Assembly (NCBI GenBank): GCA_001244265.2
Contig: CDLV01000018.1
Location: forward strand, 186,001 to 250,000
Origin: Microbotryum violaceum
Lineage: Eukaryota
Length of the DNA: 64,000 bases
Direction of reading: 5' to 3'
This document shows, piece after piece, positions 40,593 to 54,867 of the stretch; within the stretch, counting starts at the first letter, position 1, and the number at the start of each line of letters is the position of its first letter. Under the pieces are notes generated by a model. The model was not told where the DNA came from and searched no databases. It saw only the letters and a program-made list of their open reading frames with translations. A program made the position numbers and the translations under genes.

Positions 40593-43500
40593 TCAGCTCC
40601 GACTCTGACTCCCACTTCCCCTTATTTTCATAGACCGCTTGTCAACCCTGGAGCTTGTAAAAGTATGAGCAGAGCTTGGAGACGTTTTGCTTTGTTTCTT
40701 GGGTATGAACGTCAAGACCACATTGTCAGAACCATCCGAACCTTCTTCTCCAAAGACCATCGTCTTCTCAGCCGAGCACGTCGTTGCATCGTGATCCAGG
40801 CGTTGCCGATGCTCAGCAGCTTCCAGTTTGGTCCATATCGCCGCAAAGAAGTTTTCTTCGCGTTCTTGGTCGCATAGCGCAATGGGCTCCGAGGGAGTAT
40901 CTCTAGCCTCGCAAATCATCGCATCGACCACGCGCAGTAATTCTCGTCCAATCGCCTCGGCGAGCGGAACGGGCCTACCAAGGCGCAAACATCTGCTTAG
41001 CCCCAGACCTTTCAGTCCACCATATTGGCTTCCAAACACGAATACTCACACAGCATTACCCACGAGCTTGTACATCTCATCGAAGCGTTCGTCTTCGTCG
41101 GCGGCCCTCCCAACGGCTTCCAGCTTGATGTGATCCGGGCACCCGAACAGGCGAGCGGTCTCGCGCACGGAGAGCTGACGATTGTCGACAGGGTGAATCC
41201 TAGGACCGTGCCAGTAACCGGCCTATCGATGCGCAGACATGTTTTGTGTCAGCAAGAGTGGTAGGCACACAGCTAAGCTTGCCCACGAAGCAGAATGTGA
41301 CTCAACGGGCTGCAATTGCGTCAACAGCGTCGAAATGACTTGGGTCCATTCCAACCTCGCCCAGAAATGCTCCGGATCGCGACTTCCCCTCTTGTCCTCG
41401 TCCTGCATCGCAGAGGGCAACTCCGGCCTCAAAGCGAACGATTGTTCGACCCCGTCCTCGAATTCAATCGTCACCTCCAAAGGGATGTCGCGATAGTTGT
41501 GCGATTTACCCGGAACCCGACCATTCTTCATCATCGATCGTTTGGCAATGTTGGCAAAATACGACGCGTGAATCTCGGGAACGGCTGGGACGACGTGCTC
41601 GCTCGTTTCGGGCGTCAGGGTTGTGTAGTGCAATTCGGTTGTCCGGACGCGCAAGGAACGCTGGAAGCTTGACTTGGGGTACTTGCTCGCGTAGAATGAC
41701 TTGGCTTTGTGATCCTGCTCCAACACGTCTTGACGTGAGCGGAACCCGATCGGCTGATATTGCTCCAAGCAAAATCCGCCTCACCCGCAGGGGTTAAATC
41801 GAAAGCGTCGGCAAAGCCAAACGAAGGAAGGTCGTTGATCGCTGCTTCGATCGTGACGGCGTGGTGTGGGCATGACCACCACGACGGAGACTTGAGAGAG
41901 CCGTATGGATCTTGGTTCCCTTCTCGTAAGGAGCTGCGAAGGTTTTGAGTCCGTTGTCCGTGAACGCATGGGTCGGTTGGGGTGCGGCGGGCAGGAACAG
42001 GCCACGACGCGCACACATTAGAATGACGCGCCGTCGACCTTGGGGTGTTCCGAATGCGGCGGCTTGGTGGACATCCAAACGGACCTGATAGCTACGCCAA
42101 GGTGAAACCATTGTTAATCAGGTATCACAACATCACGCGCAAGCTCGATAGTGCGAAACTTACCCAAGCTGGATCAGAGCGCTCATCAGCAACCTCAACA
42201 GTCCACCTTTCTCCACGGCCTCCTCTTCCAAAACCCGGGTAGGATGAACCGCTGTATGTCCGACACATTCTCAAACACCGCAAACAGCGGTCGATACTGT
42301 TCCACCGCCGAAAGCCATACGAAAGGCTCGAGGCACCGCACGTCATCCTGCGTCTTGCACTGGTTCTGCGAGCTGAAGCCTTGGCATGGAGGCCCGCTCT
42401 GAATGAGGTGGACTTCGCCACGCTTGAGCGGCGCAGGTCGCGTTGACTTGTTCTCATCTTGCACCGGTACGGATTGGCTGTAGTGCAGTGCTTCGACGTA
42501 ATCGCTCGTAGGACAGTTGTAGACTTTTTGACCATTGGCCTTGAGCGCAGCAGCGGCGTAAGGGTTCTGCTCGATCGCTGCCTTTGTCTTGACCGCCGAA
42601 CAACCCCTTTCAAGGCCAATCGACAAGAGATCCACGCCCGAATAGGCTGACAGAGCGCCGAGCGCGTATCTGACCGGTTCCCGAGCAATAGTCTCGGCCA
42701 CATATGCTTGCCGTTGGCGGTCGAGTTGGTACTGCCGATCACATTCAGGGCATCGCTCAATGTCGTCGATCTCGTTCGCTGTCAAAGTGCGCAGCACGTT
42801 CCTCTCGCCGAGTTCGATGTCGTTGCACGCAGATAAAACCCAGTTACGCGCCAGGGACCAATACGTGTCCTCGTCGACCTCAAGGAAGGACAGTCCTCGA
42901 CCGGCGTAGAAAACGTCTTGCCTTTGCTGCAAAGCTGCCAGAGCAATCGCATCATGTTCACCAGTATCAGTGACGAACGTATCGCCCGCTTGGTCCTTGA
43001 CTTCCTTCCAAGTTTCGAGCCGGAAGGTGCCTTCCAAGTTGGACCAATAGAAACCATCGTACACGATATCCGTTAGGACAAGGCGTCGTTCATCGAAATC
43101 GCGTTTCCCAAAGACGAGATTCTTGTCGGACACATCGTCGTAGCGCAGCAAGGCCCGAACCTTGAGGTAGGTCTCACTGTCGAACGGTGGGAGCCGCGTT
43201 GGTCGATCCCCAATTTTGACGTTGCCGACACCGATGAGCTGACCTAAGAGGTAAGGTTCACGCCTGTTTGTCTTGTTCGTCGACCCCTCCGACCTGAGCG
43301 GTATTAAGTAGCAATAGTCCCCAAGATGGTACGTATTCTGCCCCACCTTGAAAGCGGGTATCAGCGAATCTTCGATCCAGGCCGCGCGATCGGTCGACAA
43401 TTCGGTCTTGGGATCAAAGAAGGACGTCTCATACTCTTCGATCCGACGTTCGCAGCTCGAGCATCGCTCGATGTTGACTGTTTCGCAGCGTTCAAAAGCC

Positions 43501-46500
43501 TTGGGCCCCGAGAGGTACTCAACGGGATGCGAGTCGACGTAGTTGTTCGTGTGCCAATCCCAGTGAAGCGAGTAGTAGAGTCCCGTTGGGGTGGTACACC
43601 ACTGCAATGATCCAGCTCGACGATGTCGATTTTTCGAGCGATTGTGGTGGCCGAGATCGTACTGCAGTGATCATTGTAGTAAAGGGCACGCTTTGGAGCC
43701 AGCGAGCCCAGAGGGGTATCGCACAAGGGTGTGAGCCAAGAGACGTGGGCCTTGATGTCCGGTTCGGGGTCCGCATCATCGTTATCGGCGAAGAAGTAAA
43801 CGATTTTGGCGTACCACAGCTTGGCGGGTAGTGCTTTGGTCGCGAAGCAAGGGGGTGGCCCGTCGTCGTACCAATCCCCTTCTTGGTTATCACGTTGCGC
43901 CTCCCTCCTCGCTCGTTCGATCGCACTGGCATCCTCGGCCTTATTCTGACCGTCTGTTCGAGTCCCCGCGACGAGCACCGTATCGCCGACCTTGAACACA
44001 TCCGCATCCACCCTCATGCAATCGTACACGGTGATACGCGAACCCGCAATGCCGTCTCCCTCCATACCATTTGCTCGTTCCGGATGTTCTCTAAGCACCC
44101 CAGCACCCTCCAAAGTAATCTCGGGATCCGAATCATACTCCCACCAATCGAGAATCGCTTGTTCCAGCTCCTCCTGCAGTTCGACCGCCGCCGCAGAGTT
44201 CGCTTGCGCTCGTCGTCCCGGGATCACGGCCTTCTCATCGGTGCGCACGGATTTGGGTTCGAGAAAAGGCGCGACGAGACTGTACACGACGGGCGTGACG
44301 AAGGGGGTGTTGACGAGGTGGCGATGGAGCAAGCGGGCGATCCCAAGGTCCCTGGTGGGGTTCACGTAGGATGGCCATGGCTTCGGCAGCTGGTAGGTTG
44401 GTGGTAGTCTTTCCAGAGCTGCGAGTGCGAACATATCAGTCAGCTGTGGTGATCGGACAAACATGCGAGTCAAACCAAAATGACGTACCTGCCATGGTGG
44501 CCTTGACAAGTTTGGGATCGTGAAGCTTGGCCGTCAAGTCGGCAACGAGGTCACGGATCGGTCGATTGTTCTGCCCCAGAACATGGTTTTCTCGACCAAA
44601 GACAAACAGATTGATGAAGATGCTTGCTCGATCGAGATGACGCCCTTTCCGATACGACTCGTCCGGCGTCTCGAGGCGGTATGACCCGAGCTTTGTGACC
44701 AGGTAGAAACACGGTCGACCAGTGTTGCGCTCAAGGCGAGGGACGAGGCCGACGATGTCCGATGCCGCGATGACGACTTTACGAAGGCCGTCAAACTCGT
44801 GAGGGATACGATCGCCCCGCGTTTCCCATTCGAGATCGATCCTATCGAATTCCACCCAGCCGTCATCGGCCGAGTCCCTTCCCGACTCGGGCAAGGTCTC
44901 CACCTCGGGCAATACCCAGCCCTCGAATTCGAGTCGGTCGAACTGGCTCTTGTTAGAGCCGTCGAGCAGAAGCAAATCCGACATTGATCTGCTATGCACT
45001 CGTTTCGAGTAGAGCGCAAAATCGCGCATCGCGAACGCGCCTTTGGTCTTACTCGTCGTCGGTAACGGTATCTCGAACAGCTCGAAGAGGTGGTACTCAT
45101 GGAACTCGTTGATCGTCGGATCGGCTTGAGGCAGCAGAGCTTTTCGGTCTGGAGCAGATTGTGGTCTTCGACCCGGCACGGTCTTCTTTTTGCGGGCAAT
45201 CCCAAACAGCCGACGAGGCCTCGGATTGTCAATCGTCTTCCTTAATTGTGGGCGTACCAAAGTCCGAGATGCACCAGGGGCAGCCTGCTGCCGTACGACG
45301 AGTGACTTGTCACGAGCTGCGTCCTTGTCTTTTGCTCTTGTCCGGGTCACGCTCTTGCTTTCGACGTCGTATTCAAGGTCCACCAGTTTAGGAACTTGCT
45401 GCGGTGAGTTGACCTCGAGGATCGGTGATATCCGCGGCTCCGAAGCACCAGGCGTCGGCCCTTTCTCCGGCTCGACCCGCCGGCGCTTTTTCTTGCGCTT
45501 CCGAACCCTCTCGACCCTCGCCGTCTCCCGCTGATATCGAGCCAGTCGTTCCTCCAGAGTAGGTGGCGGCGTCGGCAACGCGTCGAACCGTTGCGGATCG
45601 TTGATGAACGCATCGCCGGAGTAGACATGTCCAAACTCGTTCAGTTCGATCGGGGCCGATGCTTCGTCCGGGTCTTGCCATTCGAGCTCGAGAAGCCGGT
45701 GACTTTCGGCGTCCGATTCGTCGTCTGAGTCTTCGATGGTCAGATCGATGGCTTTGGGTCCGACACGGTGTCTGATTTCGGTGACCTGTTTTTGGTTGGG
45801 CCATTTACGATCTTCAAAGTAGGCCAGTCTCTGTGGGGGGGGCGAAGGAAGCATCAGCTCAGCTCGGACGTGAAAATGAAAAGTGGCCCGCAAACCTTGA
45901 CATGCCTGGCGCGAGTCTGCGCAACCTACCTCGTAGTTGGATACGCCTTTCCACCACCTCCATCTGTTCTTGATCAGGTCCGACAGTCGCACCTTGATGG
46001 ACTCGAACAGGCGATACTGCGGATATTTGTGGTGCGCCTTGAGCCAGACCTGAGAAGCACGTTCAAAGGCGCGATACTCCTGATCGAGTTCTTCGTCGAT
46101 GTAGTAATTCTTATGATGACCTCTTCCCGGTTGGATGGCCGATGATGGACGACGACCACTGTCGAGCCCGAATTCAGAGACGCCGTCCGAGCCGGTGGCC
46201 GACTCGGGGGAGTGGGGGAACGGCCCGCCGCCGAAACGGATCTTGTCGAGGTCGAAGCGACGGGCGAAGGCGCGCCAAGGGAAGGCGACACGTCTCTTGT
46301 AGGAAGATGAGGCTGTCTTCTTGCGTCTGTAGGGGACAAAGTTTGGGATGGTGCCAGTGAAGGGAGCGGTGGTAGTGCCAGAGGTGGCTCAATCTCTTGC
46401 TCGTCGTGCTCATCGTCATCGCCATCAAGTTGAGGCTCCGAGGACGACGACCGCCGGGATACGTCTGCAAGCTCAGGTCCGTCCGAAAGCGCGTGAACCT

Positions 46501-46546
46501 CTTCTCCCAGCTCAGAGCTCGTCCCTTTCCTCCGTCGTCGTTTCAT
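40593..46546 (-). CDS. DNMT1-type DNA (cytosine-5) methyltransferase with RFTS-like and two BAH domains
   Basis: Motif IV SGPPCQGFS, VI FENV, VIII PQGRRRV, IX LSVRETAR, X YKLVGNAV/PVPLA. BAH segments FKVGDTVLV...WYAKIVYFF and YHLGDYCYL...YLLGQLIGV. Start codon is uncertain. Confidence 0.9.
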
Positions 46547-47022
46547 ACTCCCCGGCCGTTCAGGAAGGGGGGCGGCCCGTGTCGCAACGCGTCGATGGGT
46601 CCCCAAGTCAAAGGCGAGAGAGGTCGAGAGCGCGTATCTCGAGAGTCGGGTGGCTGTGGCCGTTGTCTCAGTTGGCTCAACCTTCGCCGAGTCGCCGGGG
46701 GTCCCGCCGTGCGGAATTGCAGTAGTGCAGTGTGAGCTAGTGGGAGCGGGCGAAATGTCGGCTACATTGAATGTAAGGGGGTGGATAATTCATAGAACTG
46801 TTTTTCGGCGACGATTCGAGCGTTTCGGGGCTCGGCGATTCCCGTGACTTTTGTCTTGGAAAGGTTTTACCTTGTGGCGGGTGCAGTGGAGAGGGCCAGC
46901 ACGAGGTCCGTGCGAGTTGAACCGTTGATCGCCACGGGCACGGCGTCCTTTCGCTCGAGGCACTTTTTGGGGTGCTGCTGCTTCGCCTCCAAACGGCTCG
47001 ACACGCTCCTGTAGCACACGAC

Positions 47023-49888
47023 ATGGCCAAGCGAGGTGCAGACAAGCAGTTGACAGACCAGTCAGTATCCGTCTCACCATACCTAGACTTGGACAGCGTC
47101 GCTGATGAACCAGAATCGCACCTCACCTCGTCCACGCGTTGCTCACAGGAACTGGGAGCGAGATGCCAGTGATGACGAGGACAACAACTCGACAGGGGTC
47201 AGTTGTGACTTGTCTCGTCGTTTCTGGCTCCACATAACTGATGACTTGCTTTCCGTGGCCTCACCCTCCCCCAAAAGTCTGGCGAAGCTAGCTTCAAGAC
47301 CGCCGCACCCGAGGCTCTTGCTGGGCGAAGGTATGCATCACCGTGCAAGGCAAGAAAGACTTCATACTCACCCAAGATCAATGCACCACAGGATCCGAGG
47401 TTTGCCACAACGGAAGGGGGCTGGGGACCCACACCAGCGGCGGCGACCTCCACTTCCTCGGCAGCTGCTCCGGTCAGTTGTAGCTCATCAGTTTGTCTCC
47501 CAGATGACACTTGCCCCAAACGACCTGTCCCACTCACCCACCACCATGGTTGACTTTTCCAGACACCATCACCTTTTGGCAGCTTCTCCGGCTTCGGCGC
47601 CGCTCCAGGGATTCCTACCTCGAACCCGTTTGCTGGCTTCGGCTCGACTCCCACCGCGCCCTCGACCGAGGAGACCCCGGCAAAACCGAATCCATTTGCT
47701 GCCACGACCTTTTCGTTCGGCTCCACAGCCCCATCTTCAGATACTACAGCCAACAAGCCCGCCCCGTCGGCGGCCCCGTCGACCGGCTTCTCTTTGGGCG
47801 GCTCCTCGTTCGGTGCGAGCTCAACCACGACGCCGTCGACCACAGCAGCTTTATTCGGCAGTGCATCCACCTCGGCATTCACATTTGGTTCGACTCCCAA
47901 ACAACCTGAACCAACGAAGCCTTCCACCAACGGGGGATCGGATACGACGACACCCGCTCTGACCTATTACCTCGGCCTGCGCGGTCTCAACATCTCGCTC
48001 CTCGAGGCGCTCACCAAAGAGATCGACGCCGATCCCTTCATGAACTTGGCCGGCCAGGGATTCGACGCAATGAAGCAAAAGTACGAGTCCCTTCGAACCA
48101 AGATCGAAGCCGACTATATCAAGGCAGGCGGCAAGGCCGACGCGAACGGCTTCAGCGCGGCTTCGACCTCTTCCACTTCGAGTTCGACTCCTGCTTTCTC
48201 CTTTTCTTCCAGTTCGAGTTCGACCCCTGCTTTCTCCTTTTCGACCGCACCCTCCGATCCGGCTCCAGCTTCTAGCCCTGCTGCAGCTCCGAGCTTCTCA
48301 TCCTTCACATCACCTCCGGTGCCCGCTGCCGTCGCTTCTACGCCAAAGATCGCGGAGGAAACATCAAAATCGACTGCTCCTGCCGTCTCGGCACTCGCCC
48401 CTCCTGCTCCCCCGCAACGTTCTCCTGGGGCGGCGATGTCGTCAAACCCACACCTGCGACTTCATCGCCGTCTGCGCCCGTTACAGGCGGATTCGTCTTC
48501 AAGCCCGACGCGGCCAAAAACGGTGACGTCGAAAAGAGTGGGTTCTCGTTCCCAAGCGGAACTGCACCTCCGGCTGCCGCTCCGTCCGTCACCTCGTCTG
48601 CCACAACCGCCTCGTCCTCTTCTTTAACAGCGGCCTCCAAACCGTCCCAGTACGGATCTGTAGTAAAGCGCGTTAGCCAACTCGCCAACGCACCGACGGC
48701 TCCGAGCCCACTGCGATTTGGCGAGAGTGTTTCACCACCGCTGTCACCCGTCAGGGACGAGGCGCAAGACTTGAACGAGGCGGAGAAGAAGACCGCGGAT
48801 GCGGAGGTACCGAAGAAGGATTACTCGACCGTCGCACCACCGGCACCCTTCTCTTTTGGAGGGTCGTTTGGTGCCATCGCAAAGAGCGGGACCGAAGTGG
48901 CCAAGGACAAGCCCGCGACAAGTACGTCGGCGGTCTCCTTCGGGAGCTCGTCCACTGCTCCAGCTTCAATCACAGCCACTACGGCCCCTTTATCTTCAGC
49001 TCCACCTCCCGCCTTCTCCTTCAACACACCCATCAAGTTCGGTTCATCGGCTTCCGTACTCTCCAAGCCTACTGCCTCGCCACCTCTAGCAACGACCTTT
49101 GGCGCCGGCTCTCCTCCCTCATTCGGTTTCGGGGCGGCTTTGGGCAAGCCGCTCTCTGCATCGACATCGACATCGAGCGCAGGGTTCAATTTCGGCGCTG
49201 GATCCACACCCGGGTTCTCATTCGGTGCTGGGGCACCTGCATTTGGAGCGACGAGTACGACAGGGTCATCGTCGTCGACACCCGCGTTCTCCTTTGGATC
49301 TACGGCTGCTTCGTCAGCGGCTCCTAGCGCCACAGCTTCCTTCTCTTTCGGTGCCTCCGCAACGAACACCCCCGTCCCTCCAGCATCTACAGAAGCTTTC
49401 ACCGACGATTCCATCCCCACGTCAGAACACGACGATGGTCTCGAGACGAAAGATCTCGGACCTGCCGAAGGGGAAGAGGATGAAATGACGTTGGCCGAAG
49501 CGCGCGGCAGAGCGTACGAGATCGGTAAAGCGGGGGAGAACAACCTTCTTGCTGTGGTCAATCTTTTCGTGAAGGAGAGGAAAGACGAGGCGGGTAAAGT
49601 GGTCAAGAGGTTGTTGGCGAGGAATGAGACGAGTAAAGCTGTCGTTTTGGTGAGTTTCTGATGCTTCTCCCTCGTCCTTAAAAACAAACAAATCGCTGAC
49701 GAACAAGTCTTCGTGTGCAGAACTTCCGCCTTCATTCCGGCTTTACCGTCAAGTTGGAAAAGATGTTCTTGACATTTCAAGGCTTCTCAGGCAGCGATCC
49801 CAAGATCTACAGAGTCCGCTTCAAGGGCGTGACGGAAGCGACCGCGTTCAAGGAGGCGTTGGAAGAGGCAGCGAAGGGTTTGAAGTGA
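47023..49888 (+). CDS. Nup2/Nup50-like FG nucleoporin with C-terminal Ran-binding domain
   Basis: N-terminal MAKRGADKQL; LRGLNISL; many FSFG repeats; EGEEDE...RLLARNE RanBD-like C-terminus. Confidence 0.85.
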
Positions 49889-51109
49889 GGACGGTCGAGT
49901 GGGGAATGTACATTGTAGCGATGAAAAGGAGGGGAGGTAGGAGGGGAGGTTCATGGTCCATTGGACGACATGATATGAGTCTTGTAGTTATGTGAACTCC
50001 CCCTGAAGCCGCGACTCTTGATGTGGCGTTCCTCACCCTGTGCCCGCCACGGCGCGGCCCGAAGGCGTCGTGACGCGCGCGCGCCGGACCAGTGCGACGA
50101 GTCTGTCCACTGATTTTTCAAGCACTCGGACTCCGGGACGCTTGCCTGAAAGACTAGTGAATGAAAGAACATCCACCACGAACAGCTACTAATAGGTTGT
50201 TACAAAATGACGCTAGTTTCTGTGGATCACATACTTGAGGGACTGGCACTATGCCGGTCCGATTAAGATTTGCCAGCTGGTGGCGCTCCTTGGGGATCCG
50301 ACCGATCACTGTTTTTCTATTCCCGAGCCTGAAGGGGGAGAAAGGGACTTCCGGACGCCGATCGATTGACCAGCGGTGAAAAGTCGTTCAAGCAGTGCCA
50401 CTTACCCAAGGAAACACGTCATAGGGTAAAGCAATCAAGGGCCTCGCAGGGTGGTGAGTAGGCTAGACCTCTGGCCTCTAGGCCGAGACTAGCCCGAGAA
50501 GCGTAAGAGCGCGCGCGCGCTCTCGCACGCTTGACGTGCGCATGTGAATTTGGGTGGCGACGGCCGAGTCGCGATGCGATGACGTATTAGTGCGCGATGA
50601 AATGACCCGTTCTCCCGATGTATGACCCAGCATCACTCTTCCGTCCCAGCTCTTTCTCCCTCCTTCTCTTCCCCCTACTTCTTACTTTTAACATTCAAAG
50701 TACTAGTGGAACTATTGCTGCACACACGCACACACCCGTACTAGGCTTAATCAACCCCTACTCCTGTTCTACACCTAGTAAGTCGAGTCTCCGCAGTCTG
50801 GGAATCGAGAAGACCGATTGTGCTCCTCGGAGGTGGTCTCGCACTTGCACTCGGGGCACGAATCTGCTCTACTGCACTCAGAGTACTCCATCCACTCCGG
50901 AGCCCAGTCACTTTTCTGTGACCCTAGCCTTGCTCTGGGTGCCTCTAGTCTTGGAACGGTTGGCTGATTTCTTCTTTTGACTTTGGTCCGACCTCCCTCC
51001 TTTTGCTCCTCCCTTACGCTCTTGTCTTCCCGCCGTTTCCGCCGCTGCGCTTCTTTACCTCCTTCCACTCTCCCACGATCCAACAGCCTCCGTGCATATT
51101 CCATCCATC

Positions 51110-54100
51110 ATGTCGCAAACCCCCGCTGCTTTCAAGCAGATCAGCACCAACCCCGCCGCGGGCTCCGTCACGGCGCCGACCGACGCCAACCTCAAGGCCA
51201 AGGATGTCGAGCGAAAGATGAACCTCTACGGCGTCATCGAGGCGTTCCGACAGGGCAAGATGCCCTCGAACCGACAGGTATGTGATCTCGTTTTTCTTCT
51301 TCCTCTTCTTTGAGAGTGTGTTTCGATCGCGCTGTACCATCAGCTAGTTGTAGTACATGGCCAGTTTTCGCTGCCGATGCCGGTGTTGAACCGTTGAACC
51401 GCGATTCTGCATCGAGGAGCTTTGCCGACCTTGACCGAGAAATGACTACATACGTGGCAACCGCTGACGCTGACGTTTTTTTTTTTGTTTTTGCCGCGCG
51501 CGCGCTCTCGCTTCGGACTCGCTTCCACTTCCGCCCCCTCCTCCTCGGCTTCGCCTTCGGTCAATCGCTCCTGCTCTTTTCCTTTCCGCCCCGAGCAGAT
51601 CTCCGAGACTCTCGACTATGTCATCGGCCACTCCCCATCGACGAGAAGAAGCTCTCGAAGGACGGCCGAGGACTCATCGAGGACTTCAGAGGTGAGCCCC
51701 TTTTTCCGTCTCGCCCGACCGAATTCTCGATCGATTTGCCTCGTCGAGATTCCCCTACATCGCGCTTTTTAGATGGGGTTTTTTTCCATCATATTGATAT
51801 CTGGCTGTGTCTCTTTGAACCTGCTCTCTTGATAGATTTGATCCGAACTGCCAAGCAGATGGTCGAGGAGCGAAATGCCGACGAGCTCCTGCAAAACTTC
51901 ATCTACCAGTACGTTGTTGCACCTCAGAATATAGCACTTCAGCAACTGATAAGTCCTTCGCCACCTTCGCAGCACCCGTGACGTCGACTATTCTAAGGGC
52001 GATTTGTCCAAGGTCAGCACCTCCGTCAACAAGGACGACACCCAGAAGGATGGCGAGCAAGCCATTGAACATCTCCGCACGCTCGCGAAGTTGCTCTTTA
52101 CCAACTCCGAGGCCCGCAAGCTCTTGAAAGATGTTGGCATCCTCGGCCGCGACGTCGCTGCCGACGCTGCCGCCAAGGCTTCGGAGGTCGCTCGACCCAG
52201 CGAGAGGGAGTTGCAGCAAATCGACGAGACCGCTCCTTCCAAGGAGTGGGTCGGCCCCAACGGCGAGAAGCGTGGCGTCCACCAATATGCCCCCGACACC
52301 GGTCTTGGCGAGACGCGTGATCAGCTCGTACAGGCCCGGAACGATGCCCAAACCAGGCGCGAGGAGTTCAAGAACGACGTTGCGAACCAGGCGCAGGGCC
52401 ACGCCCAAAATGTCGCTCATGCCGCCGACCGGGGACAACAAGCCGCCGGTGGCGAGGTTGCCCGTGATGAGGATCGAGCCCGTGCCGCCAAGGATGCTGG
52501 TCTCAACCAGGCCCAGGAGGAGGGCAACAAGGTCAAGGCCAAGGGCGACAAGCTCGGTAATAAGGTCGCCGAGTTCAGGGACAGGATCCCCCAGGAGCAC
52601 AAGGACAAGGCCAAAGAGCAGCTCGAGCAGGCCAAGGTATGTCTTGTTTCACTCTTGGCGTCAATCTTTGGTTACAGTAGCTGACCCGAGCGTTTTGTGG
52701 CCTTGATTGATAGAGCTATGCCAAGGACAAGTTCCCCGAGGAGCGTCGCGAGCGTTTCATCTACCGCTTGAAGAAGATTATCGTCGAGAACCAGAGCCAT
52801 CGCGACTACCAGGAGGCGATCGAGTTCTTCCTTGAGCGTGCCGAGTCCTACCACGGTGTCGCCAAGGACGCGACCTCTCAGTCCGGCGACAAGGCCATCA
52901 CGCTCCGCAACGGCGAGGCCTTCCAGCAGGCCGAGAAGGAGCTCCGCACCTTGCTTGAGCGCTTCGCTAACGGGCAGTCGATGCAGCCCATGTTCGATGC
53001 CGTCAATCAGCTCTACAAGGATGCTAAGGACGACGACGAGCTTGCTGCGTGGTTCAACAAGCTCGACAACTATGTCCGCCAGGTCCTTCAGGAGCCGGGC
53101 TACGTCATGGAGGAGCAGTGCGACAAGGAAGGCAACAGGCTTCTCGAGGAAAGCAAGAAGTTCTACGATCCCAAGACGGGCAGGTACGCCGGCCACAAGG
53201 ACGCGCTATTTGACTCGATCCAACAGTTCTTCACCTCCTATGCCGACGATCCGCTCAACGTCGAGCTCGGCAACGGCGTCAAAAAGCTGACGACCGACCT
53301 CCTGTACGACAGCGAGGGCAGCCTCAAGTACAAGGCGCACCTTTGGAACGACGTCCGCTCCATCATTCTCCCCGCCCTCGCCAAAAACGTCGGCTACATC
53401 CCCATTCCCCGCATCGAGTACACCGACCGTGAGCTCGACGTTGTCATCGAGAACCTTACCCTCGAGTCACAGAACCTCATCCCCAACATCATCGAGATCG
53501 AGGCCAAGAACTACTTCAAGCTCTCGCCGTACGACCAGATCCGTGACATTAGCAAGCACTCGTTCGTCCTGTCGTTTTCGCAGGTGCAGGCCGACTTGAA
53601 GGACGTTGCCTTCTACATCAAGAAGAAGCAGGGCTTCCCAAGCTCACCGACTCGGGTATCGCCGACGTCCAGATCTCCGGCAACGGGGTGTCTGGCAAGA
53701 TTCACATCGAGTCCACGGGCAAGGCCCACCACGCCTTCAGGGTCGTCGACTGCAAGATCAAGATTGACTCGATGAAGTTCGCTGTTCGCGAGTCCAAGCA
53801 CTCGTTCCTGATCAGTCTCATCAAGCCTTTGGCTTCGGGTTTGATCAAGAAGGGTATCGCCGCCGCCATCGAGGGTGCCATCCGCTCGGGCTTGCAGCAA
53901 CTCGACGCGCAGATCGCCGATATTGCCGAGCGCCTCGAGGCCGCCCAGGAGGCCGAAGGTGTTGACAACAAGTTCGATGCCGTCAAAGCCGCTTTGCGCG
54001 ACAAGAAGCGCGAGGCCGAGAAGGTCGCCGAGAAGCACTCTGACGCACAGTTCAACATCACCGCTCGCCGCGAGAGCAAGTTGATTAACGTCACCTTGCC

Positions 54101-54491
54101 CAACTCGATCGTCGAGATGCAGGGCGAGAAGGCCGACCGCGCACAGGAATCGAGAGAGGACGGGTGGAAGTCGTCCGCTTTCGACATCGTCCCTTCGAGC
54201 GGATCGAGTCTGCCTTCGAGAACGACTTCGTCCAAGCCGATTCAGACCAACGCCACCGCGCCTGTCCCTACGAGCGGATCGAGTCTGCCTTCGAGAACGA
54301 CTTCGTCCAAGCCGATTCAGACCAACGCCACCGCGCCTGTCCCTACGAGCGGATCGAGTCTGCTTTCGGGAACGACTTCGTCCAAGCCGATTCAGACCAA
54401 CACCACCGCGCCCAAGTTCAACGAACCCGCACCGGCCATTTCCGGAGGTGGACCCGGCATCGCACACCTCGCGCAGCCGACCCCTAAGTAG
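51110..54491 (+). CDS. Conserved fungal DUF4449/DUF5923-type protein (multi-exon)
   Basis: DVERKMNLYGVIEAFRQGKMPSN, KNVGYIPIPRIEYTD, VIENLTLESQNLIPN, QVQADLKDVAFY, GWKSSAF. Confidence 0.8.
54189..54412 (+). repeat. 75-bp coding tandem repeat, ~3 copies
   Basis: Units start at 54196, 54271 and 54346 and encode SGSSLPSRTTSSKPIQTNATAPVPT. Confidence 0.95.
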
Positions 54492-54867
54492 ATGATGACA
54501 CCCAAGTCATCCGGGTGCTCCTCCCCTGAGTAATCGTGTTTAAGCTGTTGCCCATATACCTTGATTTCAATGTGTGCTCTCCGATTACATGAAACTGCCC
54601 TCCGAGTCTTCTCTTTCTTTTGTGCGCTAGTCATGCTAAAAGTCCACTGTAATCATCGAATCTGTTTTCTTTCTCAACTGGTTTTGCCCATGGGACATTG
54701 CCCTTGAGAAGGTTTGTATTACGGCCGAGAGTGATGTACGGTGGGGTTGAGTTTCGCAGTCAAGTCCACCAGGTCACGGGCGCCAGGGGTGTCTAGATCG
54801 AGCATTGCGCTGGCTCTCGCTTCCCTCTCCACGACTCGGACCCTCTCATCTGACCGAGCCCTCCAAG

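Noticed and set aside
50619-50772. TGTATGA...TTCTACA pyrimidine-rich segment as a solo LTR
   Set aside because: The flanks (CCCGA / CCTAG) do not form a TSD.
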